A DNA stretch of 63,956 nucleotides, the filler included, from Platydemus manokwari (lineage: Eukaryota), in assembly GCA_037951405.1 (NCBI GenBank). It is 5 parts of 5 records of this genome, joined end to end, with 100 filler letters (N's around TTAATTAATTAA, not from the genome) between each part and the next. Parts side by side here need not be neighbours in the genome. Positions count along the whole stretch, not along the records: positions 21,448 to 38,840 come from JBBMOY011100331.1; 4 more parts are not named here. One strand, written 5' to 3'. Made by a program: the position numbers and the translations under genes. The notes under the pieces are model-generated. The model ran no database searches. It was not told the DNA's origin and saw only the letters and a list, made by a program, of their open reading frames with translations. Positions 25,503 through 38,940 of this stretch are shown in pieces. Each line of letters opens with the position of its first letter. The stretch's first letter is position 1.

Positions 25503-26060
25503 AGTTAGATAAAAAATGAGATTTGTTTTAATATTAAAAACAAATGCATGTGACTTAAAATATAAATATTGATGGAAGCAACTTACGTTTTTACTGGCGA
25601 CCACGCTCTGACTAGAGCTAAACGAGAAGAGAAGCAAAAAATGTTGCGAATCTGCCACAAAAAACTCATGAGTTATTAATTCCGAAACCGTCATTCTTCG
25701 ATTCATCAATCCAAGATGCTTAGAAATGGTTCCAAACAACCAAAGATTTCGCGACATTTAATCAAATGGAACTATCATTTACATTTGACATGCTGTTAAG
25801 AGATGACGCCAAACAACTGCAGCAATAATTCAGCAGTTTCAAAGAGGCTGTTTCAAATGAAGAAATTTTTTATGAAGTCTTTAAACCTAATCAAGCTTTT
25901 AAAGCTCATCAAAAATATAAAAATCACATAGAGAAATTAAATACTATGATTTAAGTTCAGTCTTTAATAATAGTCGATGAATTGATCATTTCAGATATTT
26001 ATAAAACTTTTACTATTAGTGAAAGATCTCGACCAAAAAATAATTTATCGTAGCGCAGGT
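25503..26060 (+). mobile_element. Short-LTR Gypsy-like element 5' end: 93-bp LTR, tRNA-Arg-like PBS, leader, degenerate gag start
   Basis: AGTTAGATA...TTTTTACT (25503-25595), then TGGCGACCACG. The leader is shared with 45296-45565. A disrupted frame MELSFTFDMLLRDDAKQLQQ*... starts at ~25766. Confidence 0.65.
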
Positions 26061-26884
26061 GAATCTAATAAAATTTTAAAATTCTTAAATAAATATTGAA
26101 ACATTAAAATACAATTAAAAGTTAAGATTCTTCAAGAAAATACAAATGGAAATGATTATATTACAATAAAAATAAGATCAAATCAAAATTAAACAACAAG
26201 AAATTAATGAAAATCATTAATTAGAAATTATTGAAGGTTTCTAATAAAAATTACATGATTATTTAATGGACGTTTTAGGAAGATGTTGGAATATATCCGA
26301 ATTAGAAATAATAAAAATAAATATTTCAGAGGTAAATTAATTATCTGAAAGAAGTTATTTATCTTTATTGTTTAATTAATAATTTAATTAGAGCTTAAAA
26401 TTATGATGACAAATAATTTATTTGCTAAATAGGCTGGCTTATAGAAAGGGTTAATGTGATTTTACGTCACATTAATCTCAAACAAACTCAATTGTTGGAT
26501 AAAGTAAATAAGTCCCAATATCCAACCTACATATGTTGATAATGAAAAGAAATTACAGCGATATAACTACGAATAATCTTCAATACACATAATACACATC
26601 GACTCAATCAGTTCTTGTGCCAATAGCCAATCAGATGCTTCCAAAATGGCAATCTATACATCGAATTTGATTATCAATTTCCACACATGAACAAAAGCAG
26701 TATACACTAAGATAAGTCAATGGTACGGGAGTTAGAAGAGAACTCATTAACAAACTGATAGAATCTAGTAACAAACTTAGTTATTTTAGTGAATAGAAAT
26801 GGTTCAGCCAACAGACAAAAAGACGCAGGAATAAAGAAATCAGATTATACAACAAATTAAAAATAATTATTTTAAAGTTTCTAT

Positions 26885-29800
26885 GTTTTACCGTATCAAT
26901 TTTATGCTTAAATATGCATACTGTATGCATTTCATCGCTAATTTTTGGATGATTTGATGACTAAGTACCGATTTTCGTAGAATTCCATCATTTAACTTCA
27001 CCTATGTTCTGAGCACGCACACGATCAAAATCTGAAGTTCGGCCGTGAATTTTAGCATGTTCTTTTTGACCTCTTTTTTGAGAGTGTTGTTCTTGGCGAG
27101 GTTTTCCTGATTTGCTTCATCAATTAGCCTTGGCTCGTCCATGGGGCATTTGATGTCAATTAACATGATGGTATATTTTCTGTCATTTGTAAGTCCACTC
27201 TTAGGTTGGAATTGGAAAATTGACATTTCTGATCTATAAGGATTCTATAATCGGTATGATATTCCACACACTTTGCTACAATATCCATAAGTTCATTGTG
27301 CGTAAAAGTTAAAAACTAGTTAGATGGTTTATACACTGTGAAAATGTGTGTCTGTGATTTCGTTGGGTACCGACATTTAGTGCACACCATTCGGCTCATG
27401 TATTTTTTATTCAAGGTCTGTAAGGTATCCGTTTTGGCTTTGTGGATGAATTCGAACTCTGCAATTGTTAAGTAGTCATGGAATACTGTCTTGCTCCACA
27501 TAGAGCTAACCGTACTACATAAGATATTGTATCGCCGACTTCTGATTGGTTCATTCCATTGGATTTGATACGATTGAATGAAACACCGTCGAAGAAGTTT
27601 TGGAGCTTGTTTAATATTCTTGGTTCCACTGTCGCTATTTTTGTATAACTAAGACCATTAGAGCTGATATTTTGATCGATTCTGAGCATGTGGGCATCAT
27701 TGATTGTCTCAAAGCAAGCAACTGTGTGGAGTTTATTCGATACATATTTGATAGCCTCATGGACTTTGCTCCACCAATTTTTGCTTCTGCGAGTCTCATA
27801 AATGTGGGAGTTCATCCAATTGAGTGCGTCGTTGATGTCATTGACCTCTATTTCAATTTTAACTGATTAACATAGAGTGCACTGCTGTCAGTTTGATAAC
27901 ATCATGCTTGCTCGTGAGGAGATAGTAGCCATGGATTATTGATTGAATTGTAAAACCTTCTGTCATATGGCTTAGACCGCGTCCCCATTAGCTTTGAAGG
28001 TATATAAGTAATTTGTACAGCAATATTTTGGTACACTCAGTATTTTCTTCCGGTATTTTATTAAGAGATTTTATTATTAGCCAATAATAATGCACCCATT
28101 CGATTTTTATTCATCTTGACAAGAATCGGTTAATTGAATTATTGAATAACAACATTGATATTGGGCAACCTTGACGAACCCCACGTTTCTTTTCGATCGA
28201 ACACGTCTCATAATCTCCACATTTTAACGTTGTTGTATAGGCATTTGATCATTTTTATAGCATTTTCAACAAGGCTCATGTATACCAATATTTCCATCAT
28301 TGTTGTGATGTTTATTGAAGAAAAGGCCTCCTCAATATCCATCAATGAGATGTGAATGTCATCTTTTCCTTTCCTTGAATAATTTTCTAACATAGCTCGA
28401 AGAATAAAGTTGTGCTCCGCACACCCATCAGTTGGCCCTAGACTCTTTTGCAATGGATGAATTATGTTGTTCTCATCGATCCAACTCCGAAGTTGTTGGC
28501 ATAGGATTGTTTTTAGTATTTTGTAATCATAATCCTGGAGTGCGATCGGTCTCCATGATCCGACCCTGTCAAATTCACGTTCTTCATCGGTTTAGGGATC
28601 ATGATCGTAGAATATGTTTTCCATTCTTCAGGAATTCCATTTAGCTCCATGTAATTATCAAATAGTACTTTCAATAATTCACAGTTTGAGTCGGCATAAG
28701 ATATTGTTCTTTCCCGGAGCTGTTGAATCCTTTTGACGTAAAATTTTATAAATTGTTTCAATGTCGATAATTCAAAATGAGAATTTTGAGCCTCTGTTCG
28801 TATACCTTTTTAATTCACAGAATTCATTGCATTGAGTCACATAGGGTCTAATATATTATGGTAATTTCAATGGATCGACTTGTTTGTTTCTGTAATGTAT
28901 TTCGAAGTCTTCCTTTTTTGCCCAAGTATTTGCATGAGTAGATTTGGTATTTATTCCAAAAGCAGCTGATGGGGCGATATTGAACAAATTTCGAAGTTTC
29001 ATATCTGTTTTACCATTTCTATTTCTTTTGTTGCTTTACCGAAGAATGGATGCCCTGGTGGTCTAATCACTGTCATAGTTCTGATAAATTCGCAGATGCT
29101 TTTATATGTCTCGTTTAATGAATCTTTCACAAAGTTATTTGCCAGATTGTGAGCCAGACTTTACCTGATCTGAATTGTATCTTTTGGAGCATCTTTAGCA
29201 ATAGCTAGGAGTTGTTCACCTTTCATCGTTCGTTTTTGATGATCAATAATCGCTTCGTTGGCATTCACCTTAATTGCCGTTGTATTAATTCGGAACATAT
29301 TACTATTTTTGCAAGTATTGGGTATATACCCGAAGACCAGTGGTCCGCTTTCTCCAAAGTTTATTTGCAACGCTCTGTTGTGGTTAGCCTCGACGATATT
29401 AAATCCTTTTTTATTCCATACTAGAATTGAGAGATTTTCATTTACGTTATTTTGTATACTTGTCTTCTCATCGTACTTCGAGTTCCCTTCTGGATCAAGT
29501 TTTATTATTATGTTCGTTATAATGTCTGACATCACTAATATCTATTTATTACACTTCGTCAGTAATGAGCAGAAGATAATCTCTCTATTGTTAAAATATT
29601 TAAAGGATAGGAATTCCTTGATTTCTTCTGTGTTGTGATTGGCAAGCGCTTTACTCAGAAACGGATCTAGAACCAGAAACCTTCGGCTTATAATCTCTCT
29701 CCTAGATTGTACGATTATATGCTTATCTGTGTATAGTAGGTGGTCATATTAGTATTTGGTGATTTGCATTTGTTCTGAATGATCACCTCCAACATTACTT

Positions 29801-31350
29801 GGTTTACTCCAGTCTCTCTCAGTTTCTGATATAACCTCGATTCGAATGTCTATGGCATTGATTTCATTGATATTGCGATTGTTGGAAGATTTACTGCATA
29901 ACCTCAAACGAAGGGTCCACAGTCAACATTGTCTTTCTAACATTGTTTTGACTGGTAAATATGAGGAAGGCTTAGTACTGAATTATTCTATCCTTCGAAC
30001 TGTTTAATAAAATCTATTAGTTTGTTCGATTTGATCGAGACACTGAGTATGAAAGCCATGTTATCTTCCATTGGATCAATGATTTCCTTCCCATTATCTT
30101 TGTTTCCGATCAGCAGTGACCAATGAGTATTATTCATATTGATAGGAGTCTGAAAGGTTTTGTACTATGCTCAGTGTTTGTTGGCATATCATTGAGTGTG
30201 AAATATCAAATTAGTGGACAACAATGCATTCAGTAATATATGATTGGAGATAGAATATTTCATCTGGTATTCGGTTTTTAATGTAATTGTTAATTTCGTA
30301 ACCGGAAAATCAAGAACAATACGGATTGTCATGCAATGGGGGGGTCATATTTTGAAGCACTGGTTTCACTTTCAGTGCTATCCATCAATTATGTTCGGGG
30401 TCAGTTAACAACTGGATTTTATCGTGGAACATATTGGCCTTTTTTCCTTTGATTGGACTCAATTGGATCCTTATTGGAGTTGACGTTCTTATTCTTTGAC
30501 TTGGACTGGTAAATAGTTCTCTGGATTTTCTGCTTCTCCTTGTATCCGTTGAGAGGTCAATACTTTCAATGCTTTGATCTGGTTGTTTGTCTCCATCGAT
30601 AGTTGGAATCTTGGAGTTGTTCATTATTTCTTTGAGTTTGCATTAGTGGAGATTGACTTGCCGGATTTGTCAATATCAACATCATTATTTGGATTTATGG
30701 TATTATCGAGTTTGTTCGTGTTGTCTTTCTTTTCCTTTCCTTTTCCTCATTTTTCGTTGCCTTTTCACTATCGTTTCTTTTGAGGCTCTTCCATTCTTTC
30801 TACTTTTATATTTTTCCTTTGATGTTTACGTTTCTTGTATCTGACTTCTTGAAAGCCATCATCATCAATTAGTTTGGGTCTAATTTTCTGTTTATCATTT
30901 CTTTGTTTATATTCATTCGATTTTATATTAAATTCCATTGCGTCAGCATATGATCTGGGTTTCGATTTTTTCCTTTATCGTGACCAGGATTCATCATATC
31001 TGGTTCTTGATTTTGACTGTCCCTGTCTCTGTGCCTACTCACTTACGATCTTTGCCAGGTCCGACTTTTCTGTGATTTTCAAAATTTTGACCTTTTTGGC
31101 ATCTCGGACCTCGGATCGCTTTTAAATGACTATTTCTGGGGACTGGCGGTATACAACCTGTCATCCTTGTTGAGAACTCTTTTTTCCTGTACAACCTTCT
31201 CGGTTGCCTCGCCTGCCCGGAAAATTTTGGTTTTTCCCTCCAGGTAAGTTTAGATTTTCCACCATAAAAAAATTTAGGTTGTTTGGAAAACCGCTCTGAG
31301 TGTCTCCTGGGACTGGGAGCATAATTAGTCCCGTCATCTCACTGAGCATA
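26885..31350 (-). mobile_element. Degenerate NeSL-clade-like RLE non-LTR retrotransposon with Ulp1-like cysteine protease, RT, CCHC-like motif and restriction-like endonuclease
   Basis: Minus-strand order: Ulp1-like motifs (FSGYEINNYI, PINMNNTHWSLLIG, DNVDCGPFV at 30320-29900); RT motifs GIPEEWK..TIMIPK, GCAEHNFIL, MDIEEAFSSI, RGVRQGCPIS (YADD region deleted); CTKC...THI and IMLIDIKCPMD. Many stops and frameshifts. Confidence 0.85.
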
Positions 31351-31785
31351 CTCTTTTTTAAATCCTTGATAAGTCTAATATAAAATTGAGAAAGTGCAAA
31401 AGCATTATAGCGCTTAATTTTTATGTAGTTTAATCCCAGTGGTTTCATAATTATAAACTGTAATTAATATAACTGAGTTTGTACCAGACATTAAAATCTT
31501 AATTTGTCACGACTTTTAATGGAATTTATTTAATGACATCTATAATATAAAATCAGTTTTCGCAAATATTTTTAATGAATAAAAAGAATTCAAATTTTCT
31601 AAAATATTCTTAAATAACTGCAATATCAGGGAAAACAAATACCACAATGGAATCCCACAAATCCAGTAAAGATTAGTACAAAATACAATCAATATAAATC
31701 ACTGACAAAAATGTCAATAAATCAAGAACCAAAACAACAAGACGATATTTAATTATGGTACAAACATGAAAAATCTGGACAAAAA

Positions 31786-33475
31786 TCACTCGCTGAAACT
31801 CTCGTCGTCTGAAATGATTCTCGCTTTCTTTCCTTTCTTTTTCGGTGGCGGATCGGAAAACTAAAAAATAAAAAATCCTCAGAATTTATAAGCAGCCAGA
31901 TGTTTTAAAATTCCACTAAAAACTGCTTAGCAACGCATTCCAAGGGTTCCTTAATTAATCGATCTAAATACTTACATCGCTCATTGAATCGTCTTCTTCT
32001 TCGTCAGTAGAAGACATATCGATCGTTCCTAAACCAATGTATCGATATTAGTTTTCTTTCAAATTAGAACAAACTTTTCTTTTTTATGGAGGAACTCGGC
32101 CTTGCTTTCTTCTTGATATCTGAAATCGAAATTGCGTGGGGATTAGTTTCGTCGTCTTTCTGTTGTTCGAGAAATGCAGCAGTCAATTCTTTGTGACTCG
32201 CTCTTTCTAACATGCGTCGACGTTGATTTTCGCGTCGGAGAGAAACTTTCATTCGTTCTTCTTCGCGCTTGATCATTTCCTGTTGGCGCACATCGGGGTT
32301 CTCTCCAGCAAATGGCAACAATTTCACTTTGGCTGCTTTGTGCGTTTTGTCGGCCAACGACAAAGTGAGCTTACGATGCGTGAATGAATCTGTCGAGTGC
32401 GGCCGGAAAGCAAGCTTGCTCGAAAACACGGCCTGAGCCTGAAGCCCACTACCTTCACGCACAAACAAATGGTTGTGATCGGCACTAATATCCATGGTAT
32501 GGACATCAAATATTTCCCGACCAAGATGTAATGACAAGCTTCCGTCAGACCATCGAACCATTCTAGCATTACTCTCTCGAATAGGTTGATCATTGGCATC
32601 CAACAGTGGTTGGCCCTCACCATCTCGAGCTACACGCCATCTAATAGTATTTTCCACTTTCAATTTCAATCTCGTCCGACCTTCTTCGTCTTGAACCTCT
32701 GATTCATCCATTTCATCTTCATAATACATTGGATCGAAAGGCCTCGTTTCGACAGACAAGAAATTTGGCAATTTAACAAGATGCATCTCTCTAATATTAA
32801 GATATTGTACCTCAAAATTTTTAAAAAATCTGTTTAATACTCTCCAAGATCAGCTTTAATAACCGGGAAATCCACCTCAATAGCTCCGTCGTCGCCGACC
32901 TCATCCACATCACCTTCAACTTGAGCATGATCTGATTCGAATGGCATTCGATACATCTGATTACCTTCTCCACCAGACTAAGCAACAAATCATCAATATT
33001 TCATCAGATTTGGAACAGGACAATATTTTACACATTATCAAGAATTATTACTTCTTCACTAGCTTCCATTATATCTTTTATATTATGTCGATTTTTATCT
33101 TTAACTTTATCTTCATCTTCTATGACGCTTGATTATGTTTTTTAATATCTACAAAAATTATTATCTACCTGTATCACTACCAAAAACATCCTTTTGAGTT
33201 AAATTTACATCATCTGAATCATCACTTTCATTCGAATCCAATCCCAAACTTTTTGCCGTGAGATTATTATTTGTAATTTCTACATCCGAATCATCGCCTG
33301 AACTTAATTGTTTATTTTTATTTCTGGTTGATTTTTCAACATAGCTATCTGAAGAATCGTCACTTATCTCTGTTAGTACAAAATAAGTTCAGTGAAATAA
33401 TAAAATCTTCAAACCTATTTTGCGACTACTAAATTTTTCCGTTTTAATATTTTGATCTTCTGAATCAGAACTCAT
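31786..33475 (-). CDS. LEO1: RNA polymerase II-associated PAF1 complex subunit Leo1, ~436 aa, 7 exons
   Basis: Diagnostic [21 protein letters not shown]...[13 protein letters not shown]...[19 protein letters not shown]...[20 protein letters not shown]. Exons 33415-33475, 33169-33369, 33052-33119, 32841-32977, 32075-32790, 31976-32028, 31786-31860 splice in frame (1311 nt). Confidence 0.93.
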
Positions 33476-36400
33476 TATATAATTCTAAATAATTAAAAAT
33501 GGTTAATTTTCAAATCAAAATATTTAATATTTAAACAAACACCAATTTTGCAAGCTTTATTAGGTGGTGAACTTTATTTGAAAGTGAAAATATGACTATA
33601 AATGAAAGATTTCTTTTTATGAAAATTTAATAAATTTTTATCCGTATTTCAAATATCTTTAATATACTACTTATGGAACAAGTTCAGTTTTATGATATAG
33701 TAACCAATTGAAAATTATTATGTTGATTTATTTGCATTGGAATGTAAAGATATTTCAAGCTATTTAGTAAATGTCTTTGAAACAGTTATATGAAAACTAT
33801 CATTAAGGTTACAAATTAACTTATTTTGGCTTTCTGAGATTTATTATCGAAATTGTGAATTTAAAATATTTGTTCAACGATTTGGCTGACCAATTGCTAC
33901 TTGTCAAGTTAATCAGTGTCCAATAAACAACGAATATGAAATGCATTATTATACTAAATTTCCCACTAATGTTTACCTATATTTATGAATAACTAGACAC
34001 AAGAATTTTTAATTTTAAATTTATTGATTAACAAAATTTCAAGACTTTGATTATAAAAGTGCACCACAAATGCCCACACAATTTATCACGTTCCATATAA
34101 TTAGTATGAGATTCAGTGGGCTGTTTGCAAACCTACGGACAGTTAGACATTTCATAACTGGTAAATACGTTATTATTTATTTGACACATAACTATTACAT
34201 GTGGTTTATCGCCCAGTCTGGCGAAAGCTTAATCTTTTCCTTTAAAATGTTCATTTTATGATACATTTAAATGAAGCTTTTAGTGTGATTTAATTCCTTT
34301 TGTCGCTACTTGTAGTAAGCTTTTTATCTTCAATAAAGCTGTTTTTCGCAATTTATTAACAAAGGTTTTTTGTTATCTGAATTGAATTAGGGAACTTTCG
34401 TAGGTTAACAATTAATTAATAATGGTTTTTGGGCACTATTGAAACAATAATAATTATTTCATAAATATTAAGCCTATCCATTGGCGATTACAAATAAGAT
34501 ACTTCTTTGAATGTGAACATTTTTTATGTGTTCTGCTATTTCTTTTGTTTTCTTCTCCCGTTTGCCATTGATAGTGATTAGCTCTTACAATTCATTAACT
34601 TAATAATTTATTTCTCGGTTACCTTATTTCCGTTTGATCATTATTATGTATTGATGAAATGTGGTGGTCTGTTATAATTACTACTAGGATTGGGATACTA
34701 ATGTATACAAATGTTTATAATATATTTAGTCTGAGCAAGGTAATAATACGATTTGCGACATAAATTCAGTACATTAAGCAAGTAATATACATATTATAAA
34801 AGATCGAAAATCTAAAATGTTAATAAATTCCTGTCAAATGAAGATTGGAGAATGTGACAATTAAATATCACTTATGAAATGCCAATTCATGGGTATTTGA
34901 AAAAGAAATATTTTATGAATCCGGATGTAGAGACAAGCAGTATGCATGTTAATAAAAATCATTACAAGTAATGCGTTTGGACCTTATATGATTTTTTAAT
35001 TTATTACTATTACCAAATGATTTTTGGACTAAGATCATCGTTGACTTGATCAGTCTTCGTGAGTGTAACTTTATTGTAACTATTTTTCGTCACCTCATGC
35101 TTACTACCGCGTGGAGACGACGAAAGCCGTAACGATGTCTTATTAATTAGTGCGAAAACTCTAATCAGTCTCTTAATATCTCTAAATGCTATTTCTAATC
35201 ATATCATTCTATTTCAATTATTCTAATCAATCAAAAATCAATTCTTTGATTTCATAAATATTTATTACAATTACATAAATGACACCAATAAATAAAAATT
35301 ATACTAATAATACAATTGATTTTACCAATACAATATACGAATAATCCTATGATGTAACCTTAGCAAATTTAAGAGTAAGTTACGGTTAATATACTTCACG
35401 CTCTTGGAGCAAAACCATGTACCAAAAGATATTTGAGACAAAGATTGGTAGTAAAAGATTGCAAATAGTATAATATCAATCAGTTGGTTACAGCATTAAA
35501 AGCTTACTCAACTTTACGTTGGGGTCCTGATAATTACATTGATCATTAGTAAATATCTAGAGAATAAACACTGATTTATCATTTTGATTAAGAGTAACAT
35601 TTTTTATGTATAAATGTATCAGTAAAAGTAGCGATGAATTATAAATGTATAAATGAATCAATAAGTGTAACATTTTAAGCTGAAACAATTTTTACGAATT
35701 TAATTTTTTATTGAAAAAGCCTTAGTAAAATTTTGGATAAATAATTAATTACGAAGAAAATAATAATTGAAAAATAATATTTATAATTATTTTTAAAATG
35801 AAACGGTTAATAAAATATAATTACGTAAAATATTGTGAAAAATAATAATATTAGTTAGTGAGTTTAATAATAATAACAGCAATTTGATCACTCTTATAAT
35901 ACGTATAAAAATAGAACAATAGAATTAAAATTAAATCCCTGAAGTATAAACTTTACTGTAACAAAATAAATAATATAAGACAATAAAAGCTCACCTATCG
36001 AAAGTGTATATGGAAGTTAAAATCATCAGAACCTTTGCCTAAAACTCCTAATTGGAAATCATCATTTCAGTCAACTTGAGTGCGATTTTCTTTTAAACAA
36101 TTGATATGTATTATATATCTATCGTGTATCATCTTACTATAGAGCTTTGTCTCACAAACATCCCTTCAGATATATGGTTTTGTTCTAAGAACCGTTTCTT
36201 TGATTCAGAATTTGTTAAGGCTTTCGTTAAGGTATTTTTATTAAGTATATGCTGTAGTTGCCAAAATCATTGTTATGTTTAATTTTTATATTTTAGTTGT
36301 TGTAATAATTGTGCTTATCAATAAATCTTAGTGCATTTAATCGACTTTTCATTGATTAAAGTATAAAGAAATAGTAAATAGTATAAGTATTAAGGTGCCA

Positions 36401-36639
36401 TAGAAATAAGGACTAATAAAACAAACCCTACAGAATAATTGTTGCCACACATATTATCTCCATATAATATCGTTGAGTGCGGTGAAGCAAGAAAAACAAT
36501 AAGGTCAATAGTTGTAATTAAGGCCTTGAGACAGATCAAGACGACAGTGATCTACAACAAAATTCGAACTATAAAGTTAAATAAAAAACCAATAGGCTGC
36601 AAAATCAACACTTATAGGGTTACTGGCAATGGTCTGCAA

Positions 36640-37122
36640 ACTCGTAATGCATGAAACTGCTGTGTTCTTTAAATAATTAATTAAACTCTGGCTCCAAAAT
36701 GGAAGGAAAGTATTATATTTCCTTGTGTACTACTCAATACACTTACACAAATTTTGCTTCACAAAATATCAACAAAAATCTGGGTTCCAACTGGCAGTTG
36801 GCCTCTTTACATAGATTTTTATATTCGAGATCTCTGTATAATTTTTGTGTCATGTTGTGTCATATTTTTATTTTATATTTGCTTTTTCATGTTGTCATTG
36901 GATTTTTAAATTTTTACATGAATAGGATTGGTCAATCCCTATTTACACGTTGATTTGTAGGTATGGCCTCTTTTCAATTGTCTTTTACCACCTAACTGTG
37001 TAATGATTGGCTGGTTGCTACATCTGTATGATTGTGTAGGCATGCAAATGTTTAAAGTGCTTAATCAAGGATTCTAAAGTTCAAATCCGTTTTTCTTTTT
37101 GCAGAATTTCATCACACTCAAC
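36640..37122 (+). repeat. Unclassified ~430-bp interspersed repeat, copy 2
   Basis: Similar to 4065-4495 (e.g. TTCCAACTGGCAGTTGGCCTCTTTACAT; ATTGTGTAGGCATGCAAAT; TTTTTCTTTTTGCAGAATTTCA..CTCAAC). Confidence 0.7.
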
Positions 37123-38289
37123 AAAACAAATGGTTGTAGATGTTGATTAATTTACACTTTTCGAATTGATAGAGTTATTCCTAGAGGTTTCTCCAACAAT
37201 GACTATAGACCATTGAACTTTCCCATTATATGTACAATTTCTTTTGCGCGGGTGTTTTATTCTTTCCATTTTTAAAATTCTCCAAAGATTTACAAATAAA
37301 ACGCTATTATTTACTTTTTGAAAGAAAATACTGCCCGTTATCATTACAAAGTTATGTTGTTTATATAATTTCCGATGCTAACTTATTCAAAGATATTTTC
37401 TTATTAATATTATTTCTATATTTTATTTGCCAAGGTTTTCTGTCAAAGGATTAAATTGTTTTGCTAGATTATTAAAATAAAATATCTAAAATATTTCTCA
37501 CTACAATAAAAATAATGTTCCATTTGTCAATCAATATAGCCATTTAAACAAATATTATTTTGAGTAAGTAGGTAAGTTTAAATTACAATGCTACATAGAC
37601 ATATAGTTTTAAGTAAGTGAATAAATATGCATTAGTGTTAATGGTATGATTGTCTTTAAATAAAAAATTACAGATATACAACTATAAGAATGTTCATGCA
37701 ATTACTACCAAATAATCATTTATAAATTATCCTTAAGTCAGCTTTTTGAAAGCTCCAACACAAGCATGAAAAGGAAAAAGGAAGGAAGGGAAAAATAGAC
37801 AGAATTTGAAAATCATTAATGACCTCTAGCTAAAAACGAATAATTTTTCAATTGAATATATTAATGTTAATCATCTCTATTAAATCAATCATAACTGCAA
37901 TCAACTCTGTTAGATAAATCATACCTGTAATAATATCTATTAGATCATGTCCTGTAAGAGAGTTAATCAACTAGTAAACATGTTAGTGAAAACTTGCAAA
38001 TCAGGTTATTTACACTATTTATTAATTATTGTATTAATTGTTATTGTATTAATTAATTTATTATATTAATTAATGTTTGATTCGGCACTTAATTTATATT
38101 TTGTCTCTAAATCGATTTATTTTGTTATTTTGCGCGTGTCTGTATACTTGCTTAGTTTTCAGTTTTATAATATAATTCTCGGTAATTGAATGTTTTGTGG
38201 GCCAAATAATTGATTGTATACATTTTGAAATTAAAGTCATCTGTAAAATAAAATAACAAAGTACGTTTTGAATTCATTAACCTAATGTT

Positions 38290-38490
38290 TAGTGAGATTA
38301 AATTCTGCAAAAGAAAAACGGATTTGCACTTTGAAACCCTTGTGTTAGCATTTTAAACATTTGCATTGTCTACACAACCATACAGGCATAGCAACTAGCC
38401 AATCACAGCGGAGTTAGATGGTAAACGACAATTGAAAAAAAGGACATAGCTGCACGGCAACACACACATAGAGATTGACCATTCCCACTC
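38290..38490 (-). repeat. Unclassified interspersed repeat, partial copy 3 (inverted relative to copy 2)
   Basis: AATTCTGCAAAAGAAAAACGGATTTG...CTACACAACCATACAG..ATAGCAACTAGCCAATCA is the reverse complement of 36920-37120. Confidence 0.75.
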
Positions 38491-38840
38491 TTGCAGAGAC
38501 TAATAGGTTCAACGGGAACATGGAAAAGCAAAGATCGAATCAAAATGCGATACAAACCTGACACAAAAATTTGAGTAGCAGTTTTTGAGTATTACAAGTA
38601 TTAGTGTATTCTTGTAAGTCGTATTAATCAATTGGCAAGTTGAAAATAAGGTCTGTGGCCTTCGAGTTTTGGAGTCAGTGATTATTCGATTATTCATAAT
38701 GTTGGGGTTCATTAATCAACATTAATCAACACGGCCACGCTACATCAATTGGAAAAGACAAATCATTTAAATTTCAATTCGACACACAGTAGAAGATCGT
38801 CTGGTGCAGAAGACCAATATTCCCGTATATATTCGGTATT

Positions 38841-38940
38841 NNNNNNNNNNNNNNNNNNNNNNNNNNNNNNNNNNNNNNNNNNNNTTAATTAATTAANNNN
38901 NNNNNNNNNNNNNNNNNNNNNNNNNNNNNNNNNNNNNNNN
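38841..38940. other. Artificial contig spacer
   Basis: 44N-TTAATTAATTAA-44N. Confidence 0.95.

Noticed and set aside
26441-26476. AAAGGG|TTAA piggyBac-like end and a 9-bp hairpin
   Set aside because: No matching opposite terminus or transposase nearby.
32965-32977. Possible 13-nt LEO1 microexon
   Set aside because: The adjacent 33-nt putative intron is in frame and stop-free, so a single exon 32841-32977 is the simpler model.
35088-35135. GC-rich hairpin followed by GAAA (possible hammerhead stem II or Helitron end)
   Set aside because: No CUGANGA core upstream and no CTAG terminus at the expected distance.
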